The position numbers and the translations under genes are program-made. Shown here one piece after another: positions 52,430 through 61,735 of a DNA stretch of 64,000 nucleotides. The stretch covers positions 554,537 to 618,536 of the forward strand of contig CAWFCE010000002.1 of the NCBI GenBank assembly GCA_963814275.1, written 5' to 3'. Each line of letters starts with the position of its first letter. Within the stretch, counting starts at the first letter, position 1. Source of the stretch: Candidatus Parcubacteria bacterium. GTDB lineage: Bacteria; Patescibacteriota; Patescibacteriia; Patescibacteriales; UBA12075. The notes under the pieces are model-generated. The model was not told the origin of the DNA, did no database searches, and worked only from the letters and a program-made list of their open reading frames with translations.

Positions 52430-54067
52430 ATGCGTATGTTCAGTAAAAAACAATTATTATTAAACGTAATTTTGGTCTTGGCGTCGGTAATAATCACTAC
52501 CGGAGTGGTGGTGGCGGTTCGGGCGGATGAACCCGATACCAACTGCGCGGTCTTGAACCCGTATTATCCGGACGCGGACGGCGATGGCTTCGGCAGCTCG
52601 ACTGCGATCGCGGTAATGGCCTGCAGCGCGCCTGGTGATTTGGTGGACAACAACGATGATTGCGATGATAGTGTCCAGGCAATAAATCCGGACGCGGCAG
52701 AGGTCTGTGATTTGATCGACAATAATTGCGATGGCCAAGTAAATGAAAATTTGGCGACTTCGACTTATTACCGCGACTTTGACAATGACGGCTACGGCGA
52801 TGCTTCCACTACTAATGTTTGGTGTTCTCTCCCCCAGGGATACGTGGTCAATAGCGCTGATTGCGATGATCAGAATGCGCTGGTTAACCCGGCCGCGTTT
52901 GACGGCTGCGGCGGGATCGACAATAATTGCGACGGAGTCGTGGACGATCAGTGTTCAACCAGCACAAAAACATTCTATCGCGACAGCGATAACGATGGTT
53001 ACGGAGATTTGAACCATGCCACCAGTTCCGAGGGCCAGCCGGCCGGTTATGTGTATAACAGCCAGGACTGCGACGACAATAATTCTGCTGTGCATCCGGG
53101 CGCAACTGAAATTTGCAACAGCATTGATGACGATTGCGACGCTAGTACGGATGAAGGACTTAAAAGTTGGTACTATTTTGACGGTGACAGCGATTTGTAC
53201 GGCAATCCGGCCGTGGCCGTCAGCGCTTGCACACAGCCAAGCAATTATGTCGTAAACGACGATGATTGCGATGATAGTCGGGCGGCAATCCACCCGGGAG
53301 CGGCGGAAGGCTGCGGCGGGATTGACAATAATTGTGATGGCGTTACCGATGAAGGTTGCGCGACTTCGACCTGGTACCGCGACAGCGATGGCGACGGTTA
53401 TGGCAATCCGGCGGTTACCAAGATAGCGGAAAGTCGGCCCGAGGGATATGCCGACAATAGCCAAGATTGCAACGATAGCAATGCTTCGATCCATCCCGGT
53501 GCGGCCGAAATCTGCAATAATATTGATGATGATTGCGACGAAAGTGTCGATGAAGGGCTAAAGAGCTGGTATTATTTTGATGCCGATAATGATACCTATG
53601 GGGATCCGAAAAAAGCCACCAGCACATGTTCGCTCCCCGTTGATTATGTATCGAACAATGACGATTGCAAAGATAATAACGCCTCTGTCCATCCTGGCGC
53701 GGCTGAGGTTTGCAATAACATAGACGATGATTGCGACGGTGTCACGGATGAGGGTTGTGCAGCTAACGATAACGATAATGAGGATGGCAATGGCTGCGAT
53801 TGCGAATGCCAGTGCCAGTGCAGCTGCAATTGCGGCTGTAACAACAGTATTTGTCCGTTGTCTGCGTTGCAAAATATTAATCACGGCCAGTTTGTGAGTT
53901 CAATGGCGCACTTATTGAATCAGATGAAAAAAGAGGGAGAAATTGCCGGCAAAATAAAAGGACAGTTGACCAGCCAGGCCGCCAAATTAAAAGATACGAT
54001 CAAGAGCAAGGTTCAGGACAGGATAGAGAATAGGATGGATGACAGGTTCAAAAGCAGGGAAAACTAA
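52430..54067 (+). CDS. Secreted protein with ~8 tandem 'putative metal-binding motif' (MopE-like DCDD...PGA.E.C...D.DCDG..DE) repeats and a poly-Cys patch
   Basis: 545 aa with a signal peptide. Repeats such as DCDDSVQAINPDAAEVCDLIDNNCDGQVNE recur about every 65 aa. Contains CDCECQCQCSCNCGC and a Lys-rich helical tail. Confidence 0.85.
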   Translation: MRMFSKKQLLLNVILVLASVIITTGVVVAVRADEPDTNCAVLNPYYPDADGDGFGSSTAIAVMACSAPGDLVDNNDDCDDSVQAINPDAAEVCDLIDNNCDGQVNENLATSTYYRDFDNDGYGDASTTNVWCSLPQGYVVNSADCDDQNALVNPAAFDGCGGIDNNCDGVVDDQCSTSTKTFYRDSDNDGYGDLNHATSSEGQPAGYVYNSQDCDDNNSAVHPGATEICNSIDDDCDASTDEGLKSWYYFDGDSDLYGNPAVAVSACTQPSNYVVNDDDCDDSRAAIHPGAAEGCGGIDNNCDGVTDEGCATSTWYRDSDGDGYGNPAVTKIAESRPEGYADNSQDCNDSNASIHPGAAEICNNIDDDCDESVDEGLKSWYYFDADNDTYGDPKKATSTCSLPVDYVSNNDDCKDNNASVHPGAAEVCNNIDDDCDGVTDEGCAANDNDNEDGNGCDCECQCQCSCNCGCNNSICPLSALQNINHGQFVSSMAHLLNQMKKEGEIAGKIKGQLTSQAAKLKDTIKSKVQDRIENRMDDRFKSREN

Positions 54068-54073
54068 CGCATA

Positions 54074-54117
54074 CTCCTTCCGCCCGGGCCTTTAATAGAC
54101 CCGGGCGGAGGGATGAG
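54074..54117 (+). terminator. GC-rich hairpin after the 52430 gene (no clear T-run)
   Basis: TCCGCCCGGG (54079-54088) / CCCGGGCGGA (54100-54109), with further flanking pairs. Confidence 0.4.
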
Positions 54118-54221
54118 CGATATAGTATTTATATATAGGATCAAAATTAATGATAGTTATTGCCAAAAAGCGGGAAATAAGGTAAAGTATGGTCGTTAAT
54201 CGTTAGTGAAAAATACAAATT

Positions 54222-54713
54222 ATGAGAATTCGGAACGCTTATATTCTCGTCCATTATCTTAAATACCGGCATAAAATATATAATTTTTTTTGGTATCGGG
54301 TTGGCTGTAATAATGCGATTGCCGAAGATTTGACCGCGGAAGCCTTCCTCAAGGCTTTGGCGAAATTCGAAACTTTTGACCGCAACCAGCCTTTCATCCC
54401 CTGGCTGTATGCGATCGCCCGTAATCTGCTTAAAAATCATTATCGCAAAAATGGACGAGAAGTGCCGATCGATATGGCGGAGTTATTGCCGGATAATTGC
54501 ACCGACCAGACCCAGGCGAAGATCGATACGCAGTATCTTTTGAAAGTGGTCGACGGCATGGATGAATACCACCGCGAGGTGTTGTTTCTTAAATACATCG
54601 ACGGTCTCACCAATAATGAGATCGCGCAAATATTGGAGAAAGACGAAGGAGCGGTCAGGACCCAGCTGTCACGGGCGCATTCCGTCCTTAGAAATCATTT
54701 CGAGGCCATATGA
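54222..54713 (+). CDS. ECF-type RNA polymerase sigma factor
   Basis: 163 aa. Region 2 is AEDLTAEAFLKALAKFETFDRNQPFIPWLYAIARNLLKNHYRK. Region 4 is REVLFLKYIDGLTNNEIAQILEKDEGAVRTQLSRA. Confidence 0.88.
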   Translation: MRIRNAYILVHYLKYRHKIYNFFWYRVGCNNAIAEDLTAEAFLKALAKFETFDRNQPFIPWLYAIARNLLKNHYRKNGREVPIDMAELLPDNCTDQTQAKIDTQYLLKVVDGMDEYHREVLFLKYIDGLTNNEIAQILEKDEGAVRTQLSRAHSVLRNHFEAI

Positions 54714-55822
54714 ACAATACGGACAGACAATTGAAAAAATTTTTTCCGCGGAAAAAGCTGACGATCAAAGCGCAGGCCAGGATTTTTGCCAGATTGCTCA
54801 ACAGCCTGGCAAAAGAGCCAGTGTCCGGACAAAGCCCGTCTTATCCGCCGATACGCTGGCGGCCGCTTGCGGCTGCTTTGGCGTCATTGGTAATCGCCGT
54901 CATTATACCCGGTTATGCCTATGCCAATCCGCAAGTGACGATAAACCATCCCTTGTATCCGGTAAAATTGGGGGTGGAAAAAATCGAGCTGGCCCTGGCA
55001 AGCAGCCCGACCGATAAAGCGGAGAAACTGGCCAAATTCAGCGAACAGCGTTTGGCGGAAGCGGATGTCCTACAGAAAGAAAAGCCGTCATCGGAAACCA
55101 ATATTGGGATAAAAGAAACGGTCAAGGCAGCTGCGGTGCTTCATGAAGAAGCGCAGCTAGAATCCGCCGATTCCGAAAAAGCCTCACGGCAAAACCAAAA
55201 ATACGAGCAATCCCTGCATGAGCTGGCCCAGACGATCGGGATTAATGCTGCCGAGGATGTGGTCGATACCATTGCAGAGGCTTTGGAGAAGACCAAATAT
55301 CCGTCGATGCCGGCAAGACAAGCCATATCAAACTCAAGAAAATATAAAATAGCGACCGGTAGCAGAGAATTAATAAAGGCGAGCAGTACGGATGAAATAT
55401 CCGACGGGATGTATCCTTCGGCCACTACGACCGCGCGATCCGGCATCATTTCCGATGAGCTGTATATGGCAAGGGATCGCGTGGAATCGCTCAAAAAATC
55501 CTTGCCAGCCGATGATTATGAGCCCCAGGAGGTAGATGCGCTGTTCAGGCGCCTGGATAAAAAGCTCGAGCAATCGGCGGCAGCCCTGGAAGACGGCAAG
55601 TCGCAGGCTGCGACCGGCCTTCTTCGGTCAACCGAAGCATTGACCAATAATGCCAAACATTTTATCAAATCAAAGGATAACCAGCCGGCAGAAGATTCGA
55701 TCGGCAACGATGGCATAAAACATACGAATAACGGCAACGATAGTAATGATGCCCGCGAAAAAAGCCGAGTCAACGAAAGCATAAGGCAGGGCAATGGACG
55801 AAGTAATAATAGAAATCAATAG
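54710..55822 (+). CDS. Putative anti-sigma factor / single-pass membrane protein
   Basis: 370 aa. The start overlaps the sigma stop (ATGA). One TM helix (LAAALASLVIAVIIPGYAYA) follows a short cytoplasmic N-domain. The ectodomain is helical and Ala/Glu/Lys-rich. Confidence 0.6.
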   Translation: MNNTDRQLKKFFPRKKLTIKAQARIFARLLNSLAKEPVSGQSPSYPPIRWRPLAAALASLVIAVIIPGYAYANPQVTINHPLYPVKLGVEKIELALASSPTDKAEKLAKFSEQRLAEADVLQKEKPSSETNIGIKETVKAAAVLHEEAQLESADSEKASRQNQKYEQSLHELAQTIGINAAEDVVDTIAEALEKTKYPSMPARQAISNSRKYKIATGSRELIKASSTDEISDGMYPSATTTARSGIISDELYMARDRVESLKKSLPADDYEPQEVDALFRRLDKKLEQSAAALEDGKSQAATGLLRSTEALTNNAKHFIKSKDNQPAEDSIGNDGIKHTNNGNDSNDAREKSRVNESIRQGNGRSNNRNQ

Positions 55823-55880
55823 TTGCAGCAGACCTGGAAAAATGTTATAATAGAGACAGCTAGAACCTAAATTTCCATCT

Positions 55881-56480
55881 ATGAAGGGCGGCAATCCTTT
55901 GTTAAAAAAGATTATATTGATCACGGCGGTGGCGGTTATTTATCTTATATTGACCAGCACGATAATCCAACTCCATAATGACCGCAAAGTGTACCAAATC
56001 ATTTTTGATTCCCTGATCGAGCGGAGCACGAAACGTTTCAGCGACTATCAGCAGGTGATTGACCGGGAACGGGGATTGTTTGCGGGCGCCAATCCGGCTT
56101 TGGTTGACCGCTTCAAAGGCTCTGTATTGTTGCAAGTGGAATCTAAGGGCGAAGCTTGGTATGTCGGAACCGACGACGGAATGCGTTATTTTCTGGGGCG
56201 GCCAAGCGACCTGGTAAGGGTAATTAAAGCCTTAGGTACGCCGCTTGACAATGAAACGATAATAAATTACCTGTATTTCGATAAGGTTTTCCCCGAAAAC
56301 CTGGCCGGTAAATTCATAATCGATCGGGACAATCCTACCGACTATTATTACATCCATCCGGAGACTCTTATCGGCTATCCCCTGAAACAACCGGAAGAAG
56401 CTTTAAAAACGGTAACCGGCCTGGGTACCGGAATAACCGATGACAATATCAGGGAGATACCGGTCGGGGAGATAAATTGA
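55881..56480 (+). CDS. Membrane-anchored protein with one LLQVExxGEAWYV-type domain
   Basis: 199 aa with an N-terminal TM helix. Contains GSVLLQVESKGEAWYVGTDDGMRYFLGRPSDLVRVIKALG. Confidence 0.75.
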   Translation: MKGGNPLLKKIILITAVAVIYLILTSTIIQLHNDRKVYQIIFDSLIERSTKRFSDYQQVIDRERGLFAGANPALVDRFKGSVLLQVESKGEAWYVGTDDGMRYFLGRPSDLVRVIKALGTPLDNETIINYLYFDKVFPENLAGKFIIDRDNPTDYYYIHPETLIGYPLKQPEEALKTVTGLGTGITDDNIREIPVGEIN

Positions 56481-56618
56481 AGAAATTTAATATTTTTATA
56501 ATAATATACCGATATCATCGTATAGTCATGGGCCGGGGCTAATGCCGTCGGCTTTATTTTTATTTAATGCAAATTTTGAATATTATTTAAAACGCGAAAC
56601 TAATTATCTTTTGATGAT

Positions 56619-57149
56619 ATGAAACATGAAAAAGAAATTGCGGTATTCGGCGGAGGGTGCTTCTGGTGCACGGAAGCGATCTTCCAGGCTGTTCCCGGCG
56701 TTAACTCGGTCGTGCCCGGCTATGCCGGCGGGACCAAAGAAAACCCCACGTACGAAGAAGTATGCTCCGGCGCGACCGGCCACGCGGAAGCGGTAAAAAT
56801 TGCCTATGACGCGGCCATAACCGACTATCGGAAACTCTTGGAGATATTTTTTACCATGCACGACTCCACAACAGTTGACCGCCAGGGGAATGATATCGGC
56901 AGCCAATACCGTTCGGTTATTTTCTTTACCACTGAAAAACAGCGCAGCCAGGCTGTCGGTTACATCAAGGATCTGACCGATCGGTCCGTATACGATAAAC
57001 CGGTGGTAACCACGGTCGAACCGCTTGAGCGGTTTTATGAGGCGGAGGATTATCATCACGATTATTTCCACAATCATTCCGAACAGCCGTATTGCCGGAT
57101 CGTGATCGGGCCGAAATTGGAAAAGTTCAGGCGAAAATTCGCCAAATAA
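56619..57149 (+). CDS. msrA: Peptide-methionine (S)-S-oxide reductase
   Basis: 176 aa. GGGCFWCTEAIF active site, GHAEAV and DYHHDYF are MsrA motifs. Confidence 0.95.
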   Translation: MKHEKEIAVFGGGCFWCTEAIFQAVPGVNSVVPGYAGGTKENPTYEEVCSGATGHAEAVKIAYDAAITDYRKLLEIFFTMHDSTTVDRQGNDIGSQYRSVIFFTTEKQRSQAVGYIKDLTDRSVYDKPVVTTVEPLERFYEAEDYHHDYFHNHSEQPYCRIVIGPKLEKFRRKFAK

Positions 57150-57172
57150 AAATTACAAATTGAATTATTATT

Positions 57173-58186
57173 ATGGCATTAGCGATCAAAAGCATTATAA
57201 ACGCGCTCGGCAGCGAACCGAAATACCGGATCAAGCAGGCCCTGGCCGCCGTTTATCAACAGGCTGCCGAAAATTGGGATGAAGCGACCGTATTGCCCAA
57301 GGCTTTACGCGACCGTTTAAACCTGGAAACTCCTCTTGGCCTTGAAGCAAAATCGGTCGAATCCGATGACCAGGCGACCATCAAAGCCGCTTTCGATTTC
57401 GATAAACAGCCAATCGAGTCGGTCTTGATGCGCCACCATGATCGGAATACGGTTTGCGTGTCGGTCCAAGCCGGTTGCGCTATGGCTTGCGATTTTTGCC
57501 TGACCGGCACCCTTGGTTTTTCACGGAATCTGACCAGTGACGAAATTATCGACCAGGTATTGTATTTTTCCCGTTGGTTGAAACCCCGGGAGGAGCGGGT
57601 CACCAATGTCGTGTTTATGGGGATGGGGGAGCCGTTTATGAATTATGACGCGGTTATTGAGGCGGCCAGGCGTTTGAATGACTCCGATTTGTTCAATATC
57701 GGCGCCCGGCATATTTCGATTTCGACCGTTGGCGTTATTCCCGGCATCAAACGGTTTGCCAAAGAACCCATGCAGATGAATTTGTCGGTATCCCTGCACG
57801 CGCCGGATGATGATCTGCGCAGCCGGCTCATGCCCGTAAATCGGACATATCCTATGCCGGCGTTGCTTTCGGCGGTCCAGGGCTATATCGAGACGACCCG
57901 GCGGCGGGTAATGATCGAATACGTACTTCTAAAAGGAATAAATGACAGTCCGGCGCATGCCGGCCGTCTGGCGGATTTATTGCGCCAAGGATTGGACGGA
58001 TTATTTGTCGTCAATCTTATAAAATATAATCCAACCGGCCGATTCCAGCCATCCGATGCCGACACCACCGCGGTATTCAAACGGATATTGGTAAAGGAAA
58101 GGATTAATGTTGTCGAACGTTATCGTTTCGGCGGAGATATAAAAGCCGCTTGCGGACAATTGGCCGGTATAACCAAACAGGATTAG
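57173..58186 (+). CDS. rlmN: 23S rRNA/tRNA adenine-C2 methyltransferase (radical SAM)
   Basis: 337 aa. Radical-SAM cluster CAMACDFCLTG, with GMGEPFMNYD, LSVSLHAP and the C-terminal GGDIKAACGQL typical of RlmN. Confidence 0.93.
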   Translation: MALAIKSIINALGSEPKYRIKQALAAVYQQAAENWDEATVLPKALRDRLNLETPLGLEAKSVESDDQATIKAAFDFDKQPIESVLMRHHDRNTVCVSVQAGCAMACDFCLTGTLGFSRNLTSDEIIDQVLYFSRWLKPREERVTNVVFMGMGEPFMNYDAVIEAARRLNDSDLFNIGARHISISTVGVIPGIKRFAKEPMQMNLSVSLHAPDDDLRSRLMPVNRTYPMPALLSAVQGYIETTRRRVMIEYVLLKGINDSPAHAGRLADLLRQGLDGLFVVNLIKYNPTGRFQPSDADTTAVFKRILVKERINVVERYRFGGDIKAACGQLAGITKQD

Positions 58187-58233
58187 TAAAATTTTTGATT
58201 TTGGTTATTGCAAAATTTAATATTAGCAAACTT

Positions 58234-58935
58234 ATGAATAAGAATCTGCCACTGAGGGTTGCCCTGGCCGTATTGGCAATTGTACCTTTGATTTATTGGC
58301 GGCAATTTTACGAACATTTTTATACCTATCTTACCGGCACAATAATTACCGAGGTGGTGAAAAACCAATGGCATTTGGTTTTGTTTTATATTCTGTTGTT
58401 CTCCGCCTTTATAGTGCCCTTGACCTACCGCAAACGGGCCAAGTGGCTCGATTACGGGTTGGTGGGGGCCTTTTTCGTTTCTTTATTCGTCGAAATGTAC
58501 GGCATACCCCTGACTATTCTGTTCGCCTCGAAGTATATGTTCGCCCCGGGAACTGTTTTGCCGCCCAATCTGCTGGAGTTTGAATTTTTGGGTGTTGGGC
58601 TGGGTATGGATCATGCGATGGTTTACGGAGCAGTCCTCATGCTTTTGGGTTTTTTTCTTATCCTTATCGGCTGGTGGTCGCTTTACCGCCAAACCAAGAA
58701 CGGCGGTTTCGCCCGGGAGGGTTTATATGCCGCTTCACGCAATCCGCAGTATATCGGCTTCATTCTTCTGATTCTCGGCTGGTTCTTCGGCTGGCCAACC
58801 ATATTGACCTTGGTTTTCAGTCCGATCCTAATATACAAATATATCCGTGCCGCCCGCTCCGAGGAAAAAGAAATGATAGTTCAATTCGGAGATAATTATG
58901 AACAGTATCAGAAAAGCGTTCCCTTTCTGATATAG
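58234..58935 (+). CDS. Isoprenylcysteine carboxyl / phospholipid methyltransferase-family membrane protein
   Basis: The track ORF opens at 58150 (overlapping rlmN); the likely start is MNKNLPLRV at 58234. C-terminal GLYAASRNPQYIGFILLILGW...RSEEKEMIVQFGDNYEQYQKSVP is the ICMT/PEMT-type signature. Confidence 0.8.
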   Translation: MNKNLPLRVALAVLAIVPLIYWRQFYEHFYTYLTGTIITEVVKNQWHLVLFYILLFSAFIVPLTYRKRAKWLDYGLVGAFFVSLFVEMYGIPLTILFASKYMFAPGTVLPPNLLEFEFLGVGLGMDHAMVYGAVLMLLGFFLILIGWWSLYRQTKNGGFAREGLYAASRNPQYIGFILLILGWFFGWPTILTLVFSPILIYKYIRAARSEEKEMIVQFGDNYEQYQKSVPFLI

Positions 58936-59039
58936 GTTATTCTTAGCGGTTATAATGAATTCGCGCTTTTAAGCGCTTTTTTTGTCCAAGAATCGCTAAC
59001 TATGGTACAATGGAAAGGTAAAACTATAATCTATCAATA

Positions 59040-60104
59040 ATGCGTCCTACAATCGTCATCTTCGCTTGCTTCGTCCTGATCGGGCTGGGTTTGGCCGGAT
59101 ATACGCTGTATCAAGCCAATATCGTGGATAAACAACCGGCCGGCGCCGGGGGCTTCGGCATCTCCCCGCCGTTTGTCCGCGCCGGCACATTGAAGCCCGG
59201 TGAAACGTACAAAAAGACCATAACTATCCAACGCAGCGATTCCGAAGAACCGCAGGCCATCCTCATTTCGGTTGACGCGCCCTTAATATCAGATTGGATC
59301 GCTATTCTGCCTACCAGCAAGCCGCTTTTTGCCGTCGGCCGGACACAGGTGAAAGTTACGGTTGGCTTAACCGTACCGGACGATGCCTACAACGGCTCGT
59401 ATGAGGGTTATATCTATATCTCTTTGCCCGGAACGGTCGGTTCCGGCGTCGGCATCGGCCTGGGAGCGCGGGTGGATGTCGCAGTGACGGTTGCCGGCGG
59501 CCGGGACAGGGCGGGCGCCATTGCCCCGAAAGTCGATCAGGATTTTGTCCGGCTTTCCTCTGGCAATTTAGTCCGGCGCCTGCGCGGCCGGATAATTCTC
59601 AGGGTATATAACCACGGCGAAATTTGGTATATCAACGGGGATAATACCTATGCTTATTTCCTGCCCGTGACAGCTTCCGGGCCGGAGATCGTTCGCATGA
59701 TCGCCACCTCGACCATTCGGTCGTTTCTGGATAAGATTCCGATCGCCACGGGCAGAGGCGAATCACCGGACAGCGACCGGGACGGACTTAGCGACCGCCT
59801 GGAACTGGCGATCGGCACCGATCCGGCCGATGCCGACAGTGATAATGACGGTTTTGGGGACTATGACGAGGTAGCGGCCGGCTATTCTCCTCTCAGGACC
59901 GGCCAGTCACTATTATCCATAAACGGATATGAAGAAATTTTGGGAATGTTCGTATCAACGGAACCGGGAAATACTGTCTGGTATATAGATCCGGAGAGCC
60001 GGCGCCGGTATTTGGTTGACCGCCCGGAAGACATTCTATATCTGGCCAAACAAAGCGCTCTCGGCATTAATGAGGATAATTGGCGCAATATGTTAGTGGA
60101 ATAG
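59040..60104 (+). CDS. Membrane-anchored surface protein: beta-sandwich-like N-domain, thrombospondin-type-3 repeats and two degenerate GEAWYV-type domains
   Basis: 354 aa. GRIILRVYNHGEIWYINGDNTYAYFL, SPDSDRDGLSDRLE...DADSDNDGFGDYDE and GNTVWYIDPESRRRYLVDRPEDILYL. Confidence 0.8.
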   Translation: MRPTIVIFACFVLIGLGLAGYTLYQANIVDKQPAGAGGFGISPPFVRAGTLKPGETYKKTITIQRSDSEEPQAILISVDAPLISDWIAILPTSKPLFAVGRTQVKVTVGLTVPDDAYNGSYEGYIYISLPGTVGSGVGIGLGARVDVAVTVAGGRDRAGAIAPKVDQDFVRLSSGNLVRRLRGRIILRVYNHGEIWYINGDNTYAYFLPVTASGPEIVRMIATSTIRSFLDKIPIATGRGESPDSDRDGLSDRLELAIGTDPADADSDNDGFGDYDEVAAGYSPLRTGQSLLSINGYEEILGMFVSTEPGNTVWYIDPESRRRYLVDRPEDILYLAKQSALGINEDNWRNMLVE

Positions 60105-60158
60105 AAGATCGTAAAAAATCACCGGTTTTTTCGTTTTACTTTAGGGTAATAAATATTT

Positions 60159-60187
60159 TTGTCGGCTCGGCCAGAATATGCTATAAT
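60159..60187 (+). promoter_or_regulatory. Candidate sigma70-type promoter in a non-coding region
   Basis: TTGTCG - 17 nt - TATAAT. Confidence 0.3.
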
Positions 60188-60240
60188 GTGAATAACAAGA
60201 TAAAAATAAATTTGTGTTGACAGTTAACTACAATACAACA

Positions 60241-60288
60241 AATACAAAAGGCCGTTTTTCGGTTCGCCGAAAAACGGCCTTTTGTATT
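60241..60288. terminator. 22-bp perfect palindrome (bidirectional terminator-like)
   Basis: AATACAAAAGGCCGTTTTTCGG-TTCG-CCGAAAAACGGCCTTTTGTATT. Followed by a second small hairpin CCGCC-CTTTTA-GGCGG + TTTTATT at 60289-60312. Confidence 0.7.
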
Positions 60289-60502
60289 CCGCCCTTTTAG
60301 GCGGTTTTATTATTAAGAGAGCCAGCTTATGCGTACCCAACATCTCGTTGCCGTTTGGAGAGCATATCGGATGATGAGGTCGCGTAGTAACATTTTATCC
60401 GGTTGGTTTCCCTGATAATAATGCCTTACACAGTAAGGCAAGTTGGAATTACTTTAATTATTAAACTTTATTATCTTGTTACGACTTCACTTTTTTGTCC
60501 TG

Positions 60503-60535
60503 AGAACGGTTCATCATTGAACCGTTCTTTTTTTT
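60503..60535 (+). terminator. Rho-independent terminator (plus strand) with no upstream CDS
   Basis: GAACGGTTCA-TCAT-TGAACCGTTC followed by TTTTTTTT. Confidence 0.75.
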
Positions 60536-60546
60536 AAAAAAGATAT

Positions 60547-60586
60547 TGAAAAAAGAAAAAAGGTGCGAATCCAGTGATTCGCACCT
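60547..60586 (-). terminator. Rho-independent terminator (minus strand)
   Basis: Minus strand: AGGTGCGAATC-ACTG-GATTCGCACCT followed by TTTTTTCTTTTTT. Confidence 0.75.
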
Positions 60587-60681
60587 ATGCAAAAGAAGCC
60601 GGGGGCCATCAGAAAAATTATTCAAAGAGCATTATCCTTATCAGTATTAAAAAATAGAACTGGCCCCCAATGGATGTTATT

Positions 60682-60710
60682 ATTTTATTACTTGGCTGAA
60701 AAAATGTCAA
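60682..60710 (-). promoter_or_regulatory. Candidate sigma70-type promoter (minus strand) downstream of the DUF4105 gene
   Basis: Minus strand: TTGACA - 17 nt - TAAAAT. It would drive a ~125-nt transcript ending at the 60547-60586 terminator. Confidence 0.3.
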
Positions 60711-60755
60711 GAGGTGTTTTCAAGTATTTTCAAGAAAAATAAAATAATGAAATTT

Positions 60756-61604
60756 TTATCTGATTTTAAGGGAAAAATTCGTATCAAAACGGTGAATTTT
60801 CGCTTTGTCATTGATTTGGAACCGTTTTCTCGATTGGGCGGGATCCATCCCAGGATCAATCAAGCCGAAAGAAAAAAGCAGACGGTCGAAATAAGCGGGA
60901 AACAGGATGCGCCAATCGAAGCCGTATTCAAGCCCGAAGGCCGGTTTCATACATTTGAGGAGGTTGTTGGAGCAAGTATTGGTGACGGTATGGTAGAATT
61001 CCGGCTTTGAGCTTAGCTTGACCGCCCGTTTGCAAATTATCAGGAATAGTTTTTGGATCTGTATTTTATCCGCCTTAAGCGGGTAGATGAACACCTTATC
61101 GCCGTGGTATATCGCCCTGTTCACGAGGATATCACGTTCGTCGGCAAAAATATAAATGAGCTCGAAGAAGCGAAACAAGCCCTTAATGGCCGAGAAACGC
61201 CGGTTGCGTTTGCGGCGGGCCTCGACCGATATTGCCAGACGGGTACCATCTTCCCAGCCGAAGGAAAGGAAAGTGTGGGCTGCCATCGGCCAGTTATGGA
61301 AAGGCTGATGGATGTAATCGAGCGTACATAAGCCCCCAAGATCAAAAGTCCGATCATAATAAATTGTATCGCAATCGATTTCGGAGCGCCAATTGAAGCA
61401 GCGGATATTTTTTATGGTTACAAAGCTGCCATTCATACTGATCTGCGGCAAACGTAGCATTTCCGGGCGCCAGTCCCGGTCATGGCGGGGCCGGCGGCCA
61501 TACCAAAAGACCAGAAAAGCCGAAACGGCCAGCAGGATTAGTATATAGAGAAGATCGATCATGGCAAAATTGCGATTAACCCAGTTAAGACCGGGCGTGG
61601 GCAC
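60756..61604 (-). CDS. DUF4105-like (Lnb N-terminal domain-like) membrane-anchored protein
   Basis: 282 aa. HDRDWRPEMLRLP...IKNIRCFNW...AHTFLSFGWEDGTRLAISVEARRKRNRRFS...YIFADERD...PEFYHTVTNTCSNN matches the DUF4105 pattern. Confidence 0.8.
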   Translation of the reverse strand: MPTPGLNWVNRNFAMIDLLYILILLAVSAFLVFWYGRRPRHDRDWRPEMLRLPQISMNGSFVTIKNIRCFNWRSEIDCDTIYYDRTFDLGGLCTLDYIHQPFHNWPMAAHTFLSFGWEDGTRLAISVEARRKRNRRFSAIKGLFRFFELIYIFADERDILVNRAIYHGDKVFIYPLKADKIQIQKLFLIICKRAVKLSSKPEFYHTVTNTCSNNLLKCMKPAFGLEYGFDWRILFPAYFDRLLFSFGLIDPGMDPAQSRKRFQINDKAKIHRFDTNFSLKIR

Positions 61605-61683
61605 CCGTGACAGTATCGGGCCTATTATTAATAAATTATTATTATTTTATCATAACTATTGAAAATATAAAGAGTATATCAAT

Positions 61684-61714
61684 AAAAAACCATTGCGCCG
61701 GGCAATGGTTTTTG
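61684..61714 (-). terminator. Rho-independent terminator of the 61736-61987 gene
   Basis: AACCATTGC-GCCGG-GCAATGGTT flanked by an A-run and a T-run. On the minus strand it is followed by TTTTTT. Confidence 0.75.
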
Positions 61715-61735
61715 CTAAGGAACTGGTTGGTATTA

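Noticed and set aside
58150-58233. An upstream extension of the ICMT-like gene that overlaps rlmN by 37 nt.
   Set aside because: The extension encodes no hydrophobic or conserved sequence. The Met at 58234, followed by the first TM helix and lying after the rlmN stop, is the more plausible start.
60714-61010. 98-aa plus-strand ORF overlapping the 3' end of the DUF4105-like gene.
   Set aside because: It is antisense to a well-supported gene and shows no recognisable features. Its 5' part lies in the promoter/terminator-rich spacer.
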